Positions 1 to 31,656 are shown, counted from the first letter of the stretch. The stretch: 64,000 nt of DNA from Amoebidium appalachense (GCA_963693365.1 CAVNZM010000002.1:16339615-16403614), one strand, 5' to 3'. Numbers and translations: made by a program. Notes: a model not told the origin generated them from the sequence alone.

Positions 1-3
1 TAG

Positions 4-440
4 GCACCCGTCGGTAAGAAGGCAATTGTGGAGTCAGCAAAGAAAACGGACGGGCCACAGAAGAGAAAGCCGACTGATGACCAGGAACAACCCCCGGCAA
101 AGAAACAAAAGGCCGGTGAGTGGTTGTGTTTGAACACACAGCACGCTGTGTGCATGGCTGTGATCATGTGGGCGCAAGCACAAGCACGTTCGCAGTCACA
201 CAGTGGAAGAATCGCATGGGCATACAAGCTTTATAGATGTGCACCACGAACATCCATACACGTACACACAAAGATGCACCCTCACAAGGAATGTGTGATA
301 GACACATTGAGAAACAAACACAAACAGGCAGAAATTGGTGTGCATACACATCGACATTCACACTCACGCTCACACTCACACACACGCTCACACACACGCG
401 TTCTCCCTCTTACACATTCGCACACGTGCACGCACACACG

Positions 441-485
<45 letters not shown>

Positions 486-526
486 ACAAACCTCACATAT
501 CTTCACCTGGCCCCACTTTCGCTTTT

Positions 527-565
<39 letters not shown>

Positions 566-788
566 CCGCCTGCGCGCGCCATCAATCACATCCATCCCAC
601 CAGCCCACATCCTATTCTAGTATCCCTGCACTTGCCGTAGTATTCTCGGCCCCAGGTTCCACCTCATGCATTTACGTTGCCCCACATGTGGTTGCCAATA
701 TTCTAGTGGGCTCCTTCGGTCTCAAATAATGTGGAAGAGGACGTGGATGCATGTGTGTGTGTGTGGTTGTGTGGTGGTGGGTGGGGGG

Positions 789-819
<31 letters not shown>

Positions 820-2129
820 GGGCGGAAGGGAAAGGGTGGCAACGACGGGCACAGGATTTGGGGCTGTGATACTTTGTATCTGATTGGGCTATTTGGTGGG
901 CGCAGAAACGCCTGCCAACAAGCCCCCCGTTATCAAGGCGGTAACTCCAGCCAGCAACAACAAGAAGTATGCAATTTCAAACTCCCCCGCCCCCCGCCCC
1001 CTTCAAATCCAACGCCCACCCCTCTCCCTCCCCCCGTTTCCCCTCAAGTTTATGTGTTTTCTATTCTTGTTTTGTGTTTTCCTTGGTTTCCTTTATGCAT
1101 ATGTCGCTTTCTTCCGTTGTTCCAGGTATGTGGCAAGCTATGCGCACGCGCACACAAACACATACGCACACACACACATGTATATGTATATACGGTATAT
1201 AGGGGGGGAGGGGGAGGATCGAAGGTATTGGGAAGGGAAAATTTGATATCTAAGATGGCACACCCCATGCACCAATAGAGATTCGAGAAGGATGGAGCAG
1301 GGTGTGGTGTGTTTCTCATTCTCTCAGGCGCATGTGCGGCTAACACCCCCCCCCCCCCCCCCCCCCCCCCCCCAACACACACACACCACCACCATCATCA
1401 TCACCACCCGACCCTCCACAACTCCATTGCACTTCGTATTTTCGCGTGCAAACCTAACCTCCAGCCTTGCCTGGTTACGGAAGGCCAATAGCTGACACCC
1501 CCCCCCCCCCCCCCCCCCCTGCTTCCTCTCTGTTGCTCATGTCTTCTCTCTTCCCCTCCCCTCCCTCCCCTCCCTCCTCCCCTTCTCCTCCCGCCTTCCC
1601 ATTTCACCCCACCCCCTCTTTTCGTGTTGGTTTTCTCCCTCCCGCAGGACCCAAGACAAAGCAAGCGCAAAGAGCAAACCCATTGCACAACAGCCCAAAA
1701 GGGCGCCAAAGGGAAAAGTGGTGAAACCGCCCCAGGATTCGGATGAGTCATCCACTGATGAAGAAGAAGAAGGTGAGGGGGTGGAGATGTTTATGGAGTT
1801 GGAGGCTGAGGAAGTGAGTGGGGAGGAGAGCAGTGAGGGGGAGGAGGTTGAGGAAGAGGAGGTGAAGCCTGTAAAGCAAAAGAAGGCAGCGAAAAATGAG
1901 GGTAGGGGGTGTGTGTGTGTGGGGGGGGGAGGGGGGAGGACGGGGGTTGTGGGTGGGTGGGTGTGGGTGTGTGGTGGGGAATGTGTGGGTGGGTGATTGT
2001 GGGTATGGGTGGGTGTGTTTGTGGGGTGGTGGTAGTTTCGAACCATCAGGGGAAGCCGTGTGTGGGTGTTTGGAGGAGATGGGGTGTGTGTGTGTGTGTG
2101 GTGTATTTTTTTATTTATTTTTTTTTCTT

Positions 2130-2160
<31 letters not shown>

Positions 2161-3892
2161 GGGGGTATCTTGAATGGTTGGGAGTGTTTGGTATTTGAAA
2201 GTCGGATGATTGATTATGTCTCTCTCTCTCTCTCTCTCTGCATGGCCTAAGTGGCGGGAGTGTTGCTAGAGAGTAGATGTATGGGTGCCGGAGCTGGTGG
2301 TGGTAGTTGTGGTTTTTCAATACGCTTTTTCTGGCGGTGGTGGTGTGTGTGTGTGTGGTGGTGGTGATGGGGGGAGGGGGCGGAGGGGGAGGGGGGGAGG
2401 GGGGGGGGAGGCAGGAACTAACAGGTACTTGCACACAACAGGCAAGAAGGCACCAGCCAAGTCAGCCGAGAAGCCGAAAGCCGCCGGAAAGCAAAAACCC
2501 GAGACAAAGGTAAGAGGTGACTTGTCTAACTAGATTACCCTTGCAAGATGTATCTGAATTTAGTCGTTGCTCGGGATGGCCAAGCCAACACCCGCCCTTC
2601 TAATTTTGTTTTGGGCGTGTTTTTTTATGCCGTGTGTGCCAGTAGGCCATTGTTTCTCTGCCCTTTGGTTATGAATTAGTGACCTTTTTTTTTTTTTTTT
2701 TTTTTTTTTTATGGGTGGTGGGTTTTTTTGTTGTTGTTGTTGGGGGGGGGGGGGGATGGGGGGGGGGGGGGATGGGGGCATAGATTCGAATTTGCTGTTC
2801 ATGCATGTGTACACACACAGATACATGCACAACTGCGCACACAATCATCCTAACACCCCCCCCACCCCCTGCCCCTCCCCTCCCCTCCTGCTGCAATCCC
2901 TTCCCCTCCCCCCATCCCCCGCCCTCCCATCTTTCCCCCTTTTCTCCCCCACCCCACCCCTCATCTCATTCAGACACCCACACCATCGTCCACCCCTGCC
3001 CCCAAGGCCAAGGACACACCTAAGCCCAAGTCTGCCAAGCAAGTGAAGGAGGCTGCCCAGCCAAACACACCAGCGGCAACACCGGCAAACAAGAAAGATG
3101 GAGCAAAGCAGCCGGCCAAATCACCCAAGACCGATGTGAAGGGAAAGGGGGAGACTTCTGGAAAGGAGGCAACGAAGACCCCCGCAAAAACCACTGAGAA
3201 AAAGGTACCCGCCCCCCTCTCTCCCTCCCTCCCTCCCTAGCCTCCGTCCCTCCCTCCTTCTCTCCCTCCCTCATATGGGCGGAGGCCCGCGGCTCCACCA
3301 GGCACGTTCCCACAGGTAGTTAATTAGGCTCGTGGCACCCAAATGTACTGAACGACCCCCCCCCTCCCCACCACCACCACCCCCGCCGCTGCCACCGCCG
3401 CCACCACCGACACCCAAAAAAAAAAAACGAAAGAAAAGAAAAGAAAAAACGAAGGAACTAGAAGAAAAGGATGGAAGTGCAAGTGTTGCACATATCACCC
3501 ACATCATTTTACAGCAGACGATTGACCTGGTGTGAAGGCATCCAGGATGTTCACCCGATGTATGGACGGTGTGTTGATGTGTGCACGTGTATGGGTGCAT
3601 GTGGGCAGGCAGGGTATAAGTACTCTACAAAACGGATAAGGCGCAGTTATAAGTCAGGTTGTTGTCATAATTTTGGCCGTGTGTTTTGCTGCATTTAGTT
3701 GCATACCATTCTCACACTGATTCGTGTTCCATTTTGTAGAGCGCAAAGACACCCAAGGCGCCACAGACACCCAAGACACCGACAACCGCATCTCACGGAG
3801 AGTTCAAGTGCACACAGTGCCCCGACTCTGCAAAAGTCTATAACACTGAGCGCGCACTGGAGCAGCACGTCAAGAATAAGCACCAGGAGTAG
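4..3892 (+). CDS. 5'-partial Lys/Ala/Pro-rich nuclear protein with acidic tract and C-terminal C2H2 zinc finger (HD2/HD-tuin-like tail). Exons 4-115, 906-966, 1648-1901, 2442-2509, 2974-3204, 3740-3892
   Basis: Six GT-AG-bounded exons splice in frame (phases 1,2,1,0,0). The product has NLS-like KRKP..PPAKKQK, the acidic run DSDESSTDEEEEGEGVE..EEVEEEE and many TP/SP-K sites, and ends FKCTQCPDSAKVYNTERALEQHVKNKHQE* (C-x2-C...H-x4-H). The N-terminus lies outside the window, so family assignment is inference. Confidence 0.8.
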
Positions 3893-4117
3893 GCGCCATA
3901 TCAGGAATACGGTTAACCATATATGGGCATGGCGTTAAATTTGAATGTGGTTTGTTGAGATTGTAGAGGTAGAAGGAAAATGGACAACGAGTAGGTTAAT
4001 ACAGTCATAATCATACTAATCCCGTGTGTCAGGTAGATTTGAGGGTGGGCCCGGTTGGAAATTTTTTTTTTTTTTTTTTTTTGTTTGGGTGGGGGGATGG
4101 GGGGGGGGGGGGGGAAG

Positions 4118-4158
<41 letters not shown>

Positions 4159-4756
4159 CTGAATGTGCGTGGAATAGAGAGGCTTCCCATGCATGCATAT
4201 GTTTCGGTGTTGTGGAAATACAAACAATTAATATTGAAAGAAACCTTTGGTTCGAGGTTCATAGAGAAATATGGGGCTGGGCTGGCTAGGACTTGTTGTC
4301 CGGCAGATGATGGCAATGGCACATGAATGGCTCACGCTCTTGGAGGGAAAATTTCAAGCATACACATGCATGCGGTGGTATACATAACTAGATTGGTGTG
4401 GTGTGTAAATGGTGGTAATCAAAGAGCTGATGATGGTGTAAGTATGTAGTGCTTTTTCCTTTCAGACAGGAGATTACTGTAAACCCTGGCCAACAGGTCC
4501 GAGCATTTATTTATTTCTAAGTATTCAATGGTAAAGTGCAAACAGTAATAATTATTCAACGACTTATGTACATGTGGGCGAAACTACTCAAGCTCGTATT
4601 GAACTTCCGCTCACAGAAAATGCACAGCCATTCCAGCGAGAGAGGTCCTGGGCCCGGTATATGTTGGTAGTGGTGGTTAGTGGTTGTTGTGTGTATGCAC
4701 GTGGGGTCGGGTGGGGTGGGGTGGGTGGGTGCACGTGGGGGGCCGGGGACTCCGGG

Positions 4757-4792
<36 letters not shown>

Positions 4793-4856
4793 CTGCTGCA
4801 AATGCGCATGCTTAGTCAACACGTGCACAGCTGCAGCTGCAGCTGGTTCCCCATAT

Positions 4857-4889
<33 letters not shown>

Positions 4890-5648
4890 GGGAACATGCG
4901 CATATACCTGCTAGCTTGTTTAGTAGTAATACGTGATCCGCGTGACAGCCTGGCATTCGAAGAAATGCGGGGCCGCCCTAGCTAAACGGGGCGGCCCGGG
5001 GGCACGGCGAGGGGGGGGGGGGGGGGGGGGAGATCTTGACTTGTACATATGCGCACACATGACTAACCCAATCATATTCATGTGCATGTACTCATTGTAC
5101 TGTATATACGTATGTACATAACTCAGGGTACGCATCCAATAAGCCGGAATATGTGTGCTTCGACATGGATACCGTAAGCTGTACGGTCCGGCCGGGGCCA
5201 CGTGCACGGCCATCTGGTGTTTCTAGATGGCCGTGGCCAGGGCACAGGTCTTGGCTGTGACGTCATTGCGTTTTGATTCGTTTCCCAACAATTTGGCGCC
5301 AAGATCTGACCAATAGGAGCCATTCCCCAGTCTCTCTTGCGCACACTGCAAGCACTGCCCCATGGACCCGGCAAACCGAGGCTCAAAAACACTACTTGTC
5401 ACAAAACAAGTCTCGATAGATATAAACTCAAATATATATGTATATATATATACACACACACACGGTCGCACACAAGCATGCATGCACACATACACCTGCA
5501 CACACGCACACACCAATGCCCACACACCCCAAACCCACACCTATTTACACCCAGGCTCTCTATCGAGTTGCAGTACGCATGTCAGTTGCATACCCCTTCC
5601 ATCCTTTCTCCCCTTGGTGCTTGCTAGCCCAGACCTAGCACAGCCACC

Positions 5649-23234
<17,586 letters not shown>

Positions 23235-24061
23235 GGTTGTGTGCTCTTTTTTTTTTTTCCTTTTTTTTTTGGGTGTGTGTGGAAGAATATGAAAAAAAAA
23301 AGGAAACGGAAGAAGCATGACACACTTGATGATTTGTACATGCGTTCACGAGGTTATAAAGAAACTAGTTCCATATGAAATATTTGTGGATAGCAGCTCT
23401 GTTATCCACTAGTATCCGCGTATGCCAAAGAACACATGTATATGAATGCCCACAATATAGTTACTGTATATGGTAATCGATATACGTTTATTCGCATGAA
23501 CCTCTGTATAGACAAACGAGACCTTCTTTTGTGTTGCTTTGCGCTGGTTTTAGAATGCCGAGGTTAGCAATGGATTGCAGCGATGCAAATTGTCACAATG
23601 CAAAACACACCGCAATAGGAAAAGGTGGGTCTTGGGAAAGATTTAGAAGAGAGAGGGAAGGAGGAGACACAATGTCCCCCCCACCCCATCACACACACAC
23701 AAACTCACGCCCACACGCACACGCACACAAACAAACACGCACCACACGCACGCACACACACAGTCTAACCGGGGACTTGTAGGGGAACATTATCGTATTG
23801 AGTCACTTCCTGTGTATATTAGTGTATGTGAATGGAACAATCTATGTACCAGCAACTTGAATATTCTTGGTAGTGCACTTATGCTGTCCAATTGCCATAG
23901 CCCCACCAATCGTGAGGCACGACAAAAATACAGAACTTACTGCATTAGAAAATCTGCCGACATGCTCATGCCGGACATTTGGGTCATTCTTGCTTATATT
24001 TTGATTTTGAATCCCCCCCTTCCCACCCCCCTGCAGCCCTCCCCCTCCCCCTCCCCCCCTC

Positions 24062-24092
<31 letters not shown>

Positions 24093-24197
24093 AGCCCAGT
24101 CCACCCACCCATAACCACCACCACCACTACCACTACACGTGCGCGCACACAACACATGCACACCCGTGCGCGCGCGCGCGCGCGCGCGCGCGCGCGC

Positions 24198-24285
<88 letters not shown>

Positions 24286-24744
24286 GTTGCACATGTACAC
24301 CATCTACACTACATGCATAGTTGCAGCCCTGGTTGACAGCTACATAGTCGTTCACGTGCACACATGTGGCTTGACCAAAGCAAAAAGAAATTAGAAGACA
24401 CACGGAAACTGCTTTGGTAACTTCAAGCTCCAATTGCAATGCTGGAGGTGTGTGCACATGTCATCGCCCGGTTCGGGAATTGGTGGTTTCCGCAAGGCCA
24501 ATTTGCATGATGCTGCAAAGAATTCAAAGAGAAGTAGTTCATGCATTCTTCAATATTTTTGTAGGCTTGATGCCTTAACGCGGATGTTTTTCAGAAATTC
24601 AATGGCATAGGATTCCTTTAGTATATAAAGCATAAAGGCATTGGTTTACCTCCGAAACCGGACGGTTAAACGTTTTGGATGGGAAGGGGAAAGTGTTTTT
24701 TTTTGTGTGTGTGTGTGTGCGTGTGTGTGTGTGTGCGTGTGTGC

Positions 24745-24805
<61 letters not shown>

Positions 24806-24857
24806 ATGGTGTGTGTGTGTGTGTATGTGTGTGTTGGGGGGGGTGGGGGGGTGGGGT

Positions 24858-24893
<36 letters not shown>

Positions 24894-24967
24894 GAGTGGT
24901 GGGTCAACGGTAAACCAAGGCTCCATTTTCTTATCCCCCCCCCCCCTCCCCCCCCCTCCCCACCCCT

Positions 24968-25008
<41 letters not shown>

Positions 25009-25477
25009 TCGCCCTTCGCTATAGGCCTCCCGAATATTATCAACCGCCCGAGCACAATCATTATGTACGGCACCGAGCCAAGGTGGTGCACTGAGGCCGG
25101 CGTGTGCAAATACGTTTCACTGATCCGTTCAATTGTTATTGTCCGTTTCACTCTCGGATTCTGCAATTAGACACGACGCTTTTCTCTAGAGGGATGCGCT
25201 TCACTTAGACATGCAGCGAACCGACCATACTATTACACGTGTTATTACATGTACAGCCTTACCATGCACATACTAAGTATTGTACGGGACGGCTTTTTTA
25301 TGCGCACGAGGCATGCTTTTTATTATTGTGGCTTGGCCTGTCACGGCCAGCTGCCAGTGGGGAGGGTACTGTACAATGCGTCCAGGCCAGGGCCAAAAAA
25401 AAAAAAAAAGGAAAAAGCCCAGCCAGCGCACTACCATGTGACTAAACAAGATGTAGCTCCTAGAAGACGAATGACTA

Positions 25478-26012
25478 CCCTGAGCCGATCGCCGATGCAC
25501 TTTTGCATCAGTTTCAAAAATAAATGCAAGACGCCAGGAATTTTTGCCTAATTTGGTATATGTTTTCTACTTTCGAAAGACACCCAAAACACCGGGGTTG
25601 ACTATGTTTTTCTGTCTCTTGTGGGTATTTTGTCAAACTGTGTCTATATTTTCATCGAACGACCCCCAAAATTTCGAAGGCTGGCGGCACAAGGATGCCC
25701 GGAATTCACGGATTCCGACCCTGGAATGGATTGGCTGATAAGTGCTGCAATCCGATTTGCTAAAATTATTACGGGGATTCATATTACGTAACTCTCTTGA
25801 AAGGAACCCCGCCGCGGTCAGCAAAATCGACACGAATCACGTGTTCATAACACGTGCGGATGCATAGAAACACGCCGTTTTCTTTTATGGCACACAAACA
25901 AAGACATATATACATGTGTTTGTTGCATTTTTATCCACTAAAAACGCTTCTAATGATTTTTTTCTATTTTTCAAACCTGGCCGATTTTGGCTTCCGGGCG
26001 ATCGGCTCGGGG
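25478..26012. mobile_element. Non-autonomous piggyBac-like MITE (~535 bp)
   Basis: Terminal inverted repeats CCCTGAGCCGATCGCC / GGCGATCGGCTCGGGG (15/16) with weaker internal IR extension. The right end is followed by TTAA; the left flank is ACTA (degenerate). The interior is non-coding. Confidence 0.6.
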
Positions 26013-26396
26013 TTAACCAGAGGAATATGTTTTCCTTTTTGCAGATCTCAGAGTCTGATATATAACACGGCCATCTAGAAACACCCGTGGCCCTGTCACA
26101 CGTGAGATCTCTCCTTGCCGATCATACGGATCGCATGTGGGAGACTGGGGTCCGTCGCTGACGGCGCCCTGTTCCCTCATCGCGCACCGGTCCACAAGCA
26201 GCATGGACTCTGATTGGTAGGGTGGACCAATCGGGTCTCGGGGCCGAGACTACTTCGCCCTTTGGGGGGGGGTGATGTAAACTCGTGCCGTTCGCGTGCT
26301 CGCTTACATACGTATACAGATCCGCTCTGTATTCGCTATGTACTTGATCACTCGAATGGAACAAAAGTCGCATGATGGATCAACCATCAGCGCGCG

Positions 26397-26476
26397 TACC
26401 TTTTGGCCTAAGGCGGTTAGAGCTCCCAGCTCGTAGCCGCGAGGATGGAGGTTCGAATCCCCAATCCGCCATGCCA
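26397..26476 (+). pseudogene. Degenerate tRNA-like sequence / tRNA-derived SINE head
   Basis: A-box-like TGGCCTAAGGCGG and B-box GGTTCGAATCC (26450-26460) at tRNA spacing; loop CTCGTAG would give a CGT (Thr) anticodon. Acceptor, D and T stems are mismatched. Confidence 0.6.
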
Positions 26477-27163
26477 AATTTTGTGTCCCACCCTCCTCCA
26501 TCAGCCCCCCCCTTCCCCCTTCCTCTCAACTATACTGCAATGTTAATATGCAGAAACGTACCCCCCCGGCCACACAAACACACAAACACACAGCGTACAT
26601 GACGACATGCACTCGTTCGCGACTCCTCAGGACTGCCCTAATTGACAACTCTCTTGTGGCCACAAGCATTACACGTGCCCACATCGATCATTTATGCCGC
26701 ACATTTCAGAGGATTATACATGCACCGTGCCATCTTTTGTTTTTACCGTTTGATGACGGCCATATTCCTGACCAAGCATGCTACCAGTGGGCCGCTGTAA
26801 TTTTGATGGGCGCAATCCCTAGGTGACACCTGGGAGCTAGATCTACCAACCGTTCAGTCTTCCATCACCATGAGTGAGACACTCAGGACTGACTCAAGGC
26901 CCACCTTGGCATCTGAATCATGATGATGTTCACATATTCAGCACAAACACATAGGCACGGTTACACGAAAACATACGGTAACATATTACACACACACACA
27001 ACAGTGTCGTACATGCGTGCACATCTACCACCCAACATCTACTATCTAGTCACCCCATTACGGCACCTGCAGCTGGGTACCTGAAGTACACCCCGGAAGC
27101 GAACCACACCCTCACGAGATCAGCATGCTACACACTGTTCTCACGTGGCACTGTTCACACACG

Positions 27164-27247
<84 letters not shown>

Positions 27248-27322
27248 ACACACACACACACACGCACACGCACACGCACACGCACAAGCACACGCGCCCG
27301 CACGTCACGCACATACACACAC

Positions 27323-27366
<44 letters not shown>

Positions 27367-27535
27367 CTCTCTCTCTCTCTCTGAGTCTCTCTCTGCCGTG
27401 TTGTTCGTTTTATTTTCTTAAGTGAATATATATGGTAATGCAATCTTAATGTCATATATTAATGTATTCTGGGGAGGACGACGTCCAATCACATGATACC
27501 AAGTTCCTTTTAGTTGAGTTTCAGAGGTTGTATAA

Positions 27536-27606
<71 letters not shown>

Positions 27607-27609
<3 letters not shown>

Positions 27610-27704
27610 ACACACACACACATCGTGACACACAACACAAACACCAAACACTGACACGCACACACACAAACACACATACACAAACACGCATGCGCGCACG
27701 CGCG

Positions 27705-27753
<49 letters not shown>

Positions 27754-27848
27754 ACACACACACACATCGTGACACACAACACAAACACCAAACACTGACA
27801 CGCACACACACAAACACACATACACAAACACGCATGCGCGCACGCGCG

Positions 27849-27860
<12 letters not shown>
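27607..27860 (+). repeat. ~144-bp tandem duplication inside a CA-rich tract
   Basis: CATCGTGACACACAACACAAACACCAAACACTGACACG...GCATGCGCGCACG occurs twice. Confidence 0.85.
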
Positions 27861-27932
<72 letters not shown>

Positions 27933-28140
27933 CGCACACGCACACACGCATGCACGCACGCACGCACGCACGCACGCACCAACCACACACACACGCCGGT
28001 GACAAATGTGTTCGCAACATTTCTCTATGAAAACAGCGTACAGGGGTCACTCACTTTTGAGATAACAGGTAAATACGGTTTAGGGTCTAAAATCTTAAGG
28101 TTTCTCGGCCGTAGGGTTCATTATCTTATTTCCCCCCCCC

Positions 28141-28180
<40 letters not shown>

Positions 28181-28311
28181 CCCCCCTCCTCCCCCCCCCT
28201 TCCCCCCCCCTTCCCCCCCCCCCTCCCCGCCCGCCCACCCGCTTACCCCACCCGCCTACCCCGGTCTGTGGGTCCTTCTTCTGGTCTGCGGGAGTTTTTT
28301 TTGTTTGTTTT

Positions 28312-28373
<62 letters not shown>

Positions 28374-28379
28374 GACACA

Positions 28380-28693
28380 CACACACACCGTGCACCGTGA
28401 CACGGAGACACGGAGACACACACACCGTGACCCACATTTTGATACACACATGCACACACACACACACCGCACACACAACTTGTTGAACACACCCAGTGGC
28501 AAACGAGCACAAAATCCAAATGAACACACAGACACACATGCGCACATTTTCGCACAGCCCTCCCCCCTCCCTCCCCTCCCCCTCCCCCTCCCCCCCTCCC
28601 CCCCCCCCAAAAAAAAAACAAAAAACAAAAAAACCTCCCACCCATGAAGAGGACCCACAGGACAGGCCTAGGGGGAGGCAACGGGACCGGGGG

Positions 28694-28726
<33 letters not shown>

Positions 28727-28912
28727 GGGGGGGAGGGAGGGAGGATACGCACACACACACCGTGCACCGTTACACGGATGCACACACTCAAACACACACA
28801 CACACACATTGTGATATTTACACGTACGCACACTGTGACGCACACACACCCAGTGACAAACGAACACAAAATCCAAATGTACACACAGACCTATGCACAC
28901 ATTTTCGCACAG

Positions 28913-28949
<37 letters not shown>

Positions 28950-29077
28950 ACCACCACCCCCTTTCCTCCCCACCAACAAAAAAAAACTCTCGCAGCTCAA
29001 AAAAAGGACCCACAGGCCAGGGGGGAAGGGGGAGGGGGCCCATACACACACACACTGTGCACCGTGACCCGGCCGCA

Positions 29078-29123
<46 letters not shown>

Positions 29124-29250
29124 TTGTGATAAGGCTACGTGCGCACCGTGACACACACACACACAACACACACACACACAAACACACACTGTAGTGACAA
29201 ACGAACACAAAAACCAAATGTACAACGACACACAGATATGCACACATCTA
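28380..29250 (+). repeat. Three diverged ~300-370 bp tandem units
   Basis: Recurring GTGCACCGTKAC...AGTGRCAAACGARCACAAAAWCCAAATG blocks near 28390, 28762 and 29058, separated by poly-C/poly-G tracts. Confidence 0.75.
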
Positions 29251-29369
29251 CGCACCGTAAAGGTGCATAGATAGTAGAGCCGGGAAGTCCCTGTCCAGGC
29301 ACCGCCGCCCAAAATTTATGTAAACTGTTATCGGTTGCGCACACACACACCGCACACACACACACACCC

Positions 29370-29427
<58 letters not shown>

Positions 29428-29523
29428 GCACGCACGCACGCACGCAGGCACGCAAGCACAGGCACACACACACACACACGCGAAGGCCAGGACACTCACC
29501 TCCCCCCCCCTCCCCCCCCCCCC

Positions 29524-29554
<31 letters not shown>

Positions 29555-29727
29555 ACACACACGCACACATTGACTTTTTCGGTCTGTTGACTGGTAACGA
29601 AGCTAATCAGACTATGATCTGCTGCACAGAAGGGCTTTTCTTGTGCACAGCCAATAATAATACTAGACTACAGTAGACTAATCATAAGTAGGGAAGCCAC
29701 GGTCCCCCCTCCGAATCCCCCCCCCGT

Positions 29728-29785
<58 letters not shown>

Positions 29786-31014
29786 CCAATATCTTATTTT
29801 CCCCCCAGCCTCGGTAGCCTCAGGTTAGAATCTTGATTTTTTTCCGAAAAATCTAGTACTACTTACCTTATAGGTGAATTATCTTAATCCTGAATGACCC
29901 CTGTAAAGCTTTAAGTGCCGTAAACCCAGTTTGTATAGTTACCGAGGACATACTATTACCACAACTAATATTAGTCTGCTGATGTGTCCATACGCATGTT
30001 ACCTTACAGTAGAACGCACTGTGGACAGGCACCGGGCGTGCGCTGCAAACTATGATCATGAGCACATCGGCTTGTACGCGTGCACGGGTCATATTCGGAT
30101 TTTATCCCTCATGCATATGGCACGAGAATGCCATGGCGAAAGGCATAAGAAAACGACCGGGCACTATGGAATAGTTAGTCAAAGAAAGTTGGTTATGAGT
30201 CGATAAAAGTGCCTTATAGTGAATGACCTAGGTCACCTGGTAGTCATGATGTCGATAATACGGGAAAGAAATATCTTGCAGGGCGCACGCCAGGCGGGAG
30301 GCTATGTCCATAGAGACCGTTTTCCTATTGGTCGGAATAAGCCTCCGTTGTCCACCCCAAACCTGCAAGACTGTACTGTTTGACTACGAACTTTGATAAT
30401 GAAGCCTCAAAAGACAGTTTTTTACCCCGCATGATTAGAAATCCAATCACAATGTTTTATAGTTTTTTATTTTTTATTGCGTTAGAAATTTAAGCAGGAA
30501 ACCTGGGGTTTCTTTAGTGCATAGCCACCTCTTATATGTAACTGTGGTAACATTTTGGGCTGGTGGGGATTTCTATTCGAGATCTGAAGAAATTTCCCGG
30601 CGGGGTATACCCGGAACTTTCGCCAGCCTCTTCTTTCAAACTGTACTAATTTGTAGTTATCTGTTAGTTCGTAGTCAAAGAAAATGCTGCTGATAATTAT
30701 TTAGGTATTCTTCTTATATGTTTGAGGATATTGTATATACTAGTAAAAAAAGAATTCTAGAGGCAAAATCTACCAAAACAATTTCCTTATCAGTTCCCTA
30801 GAGCCACTGTCGGGGTTGGGAATGCCGATGGAAAAACAAAAAATCTGGAAAGCCTCGAGTTGAAGATCTAGATGGATCCGGGACCGGAGGGCCGGCCGGG
30901 CGGGTGGGCCCGGGGCCTGCAGCCTCTGGACAGTAGTTTCAAACTGTCGAAGCTCATTTTGTGTGCTCCGGCCACGGGATCGTGATCGATTGTGTGCATG
31001 AAGCATTCATGTAT

Positions 31015-31060
<46 letters not shown>

Positions 31061-31451
31061 CCCCCCGCCCCCCGCCCTCCTCAGTCGTATCACACACGTA
31101 CGTACACCGGTACCCCCTCAGCGGCCTCCCCCCAGTGCCGCCCCCCCCCCCCCCCCCCCCCCCCCCCAACACACGCACACACACACACACACATTAATAT
31201 TGGATACCTATATGATTTTCACACAGTGTTCAGGTATCTCAGTATGCACTTGTTACTGGATCAGTCGTGAAGTTTTACTGCCTTTTTATTATTACTCTCC
31301 GTTGAATAAGTCCAGTCAAAAGAAAAAAGAATGACCTTCGGAGTTCCGGCGGACACCGTCCAAATAGTTTCGAACCCTAGCTAATCCAATTGCCGATCCA
31401 CCTATCAGATGCATCCGTTGGCTATCGATGCATTCCAGTCTGCAGATGGGG

Positions 31452-31457
31452 TATATA
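31452..31457 (+). promoter_or_regulatory. Candidate TATA box of the 4-TM gene
   Basis: CAGATGGGGTATATA is conserved with the paralog CAGATGGGGTATAAAA (TATAAAA at 40790-40796); both have CCAAT upstream. Confidence 0.45.
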
Positions 31458-31656
31458 GTACTATTCGGGCGCTTTGTGCTGTCAGCGTCATATCTCTCCA
31501 TTCGGCTGGGTTAAAACATCACAAATTCACAAGGCACTTGTTTGCCTCGAAACTAGTTTACACCGAGTTGGCTGGACTCATTTGCTTCACCGTTCGATAA
31601 CACACACCAACTAACACAATATACAAACACCGTGGTTGCTAAAAAAACGAACGAAA

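Noticed and set aside
26397-26476. Functional tRNA-Thr(CGT)
   Set aside because: Acceptor, D and T stems do not pair properly.
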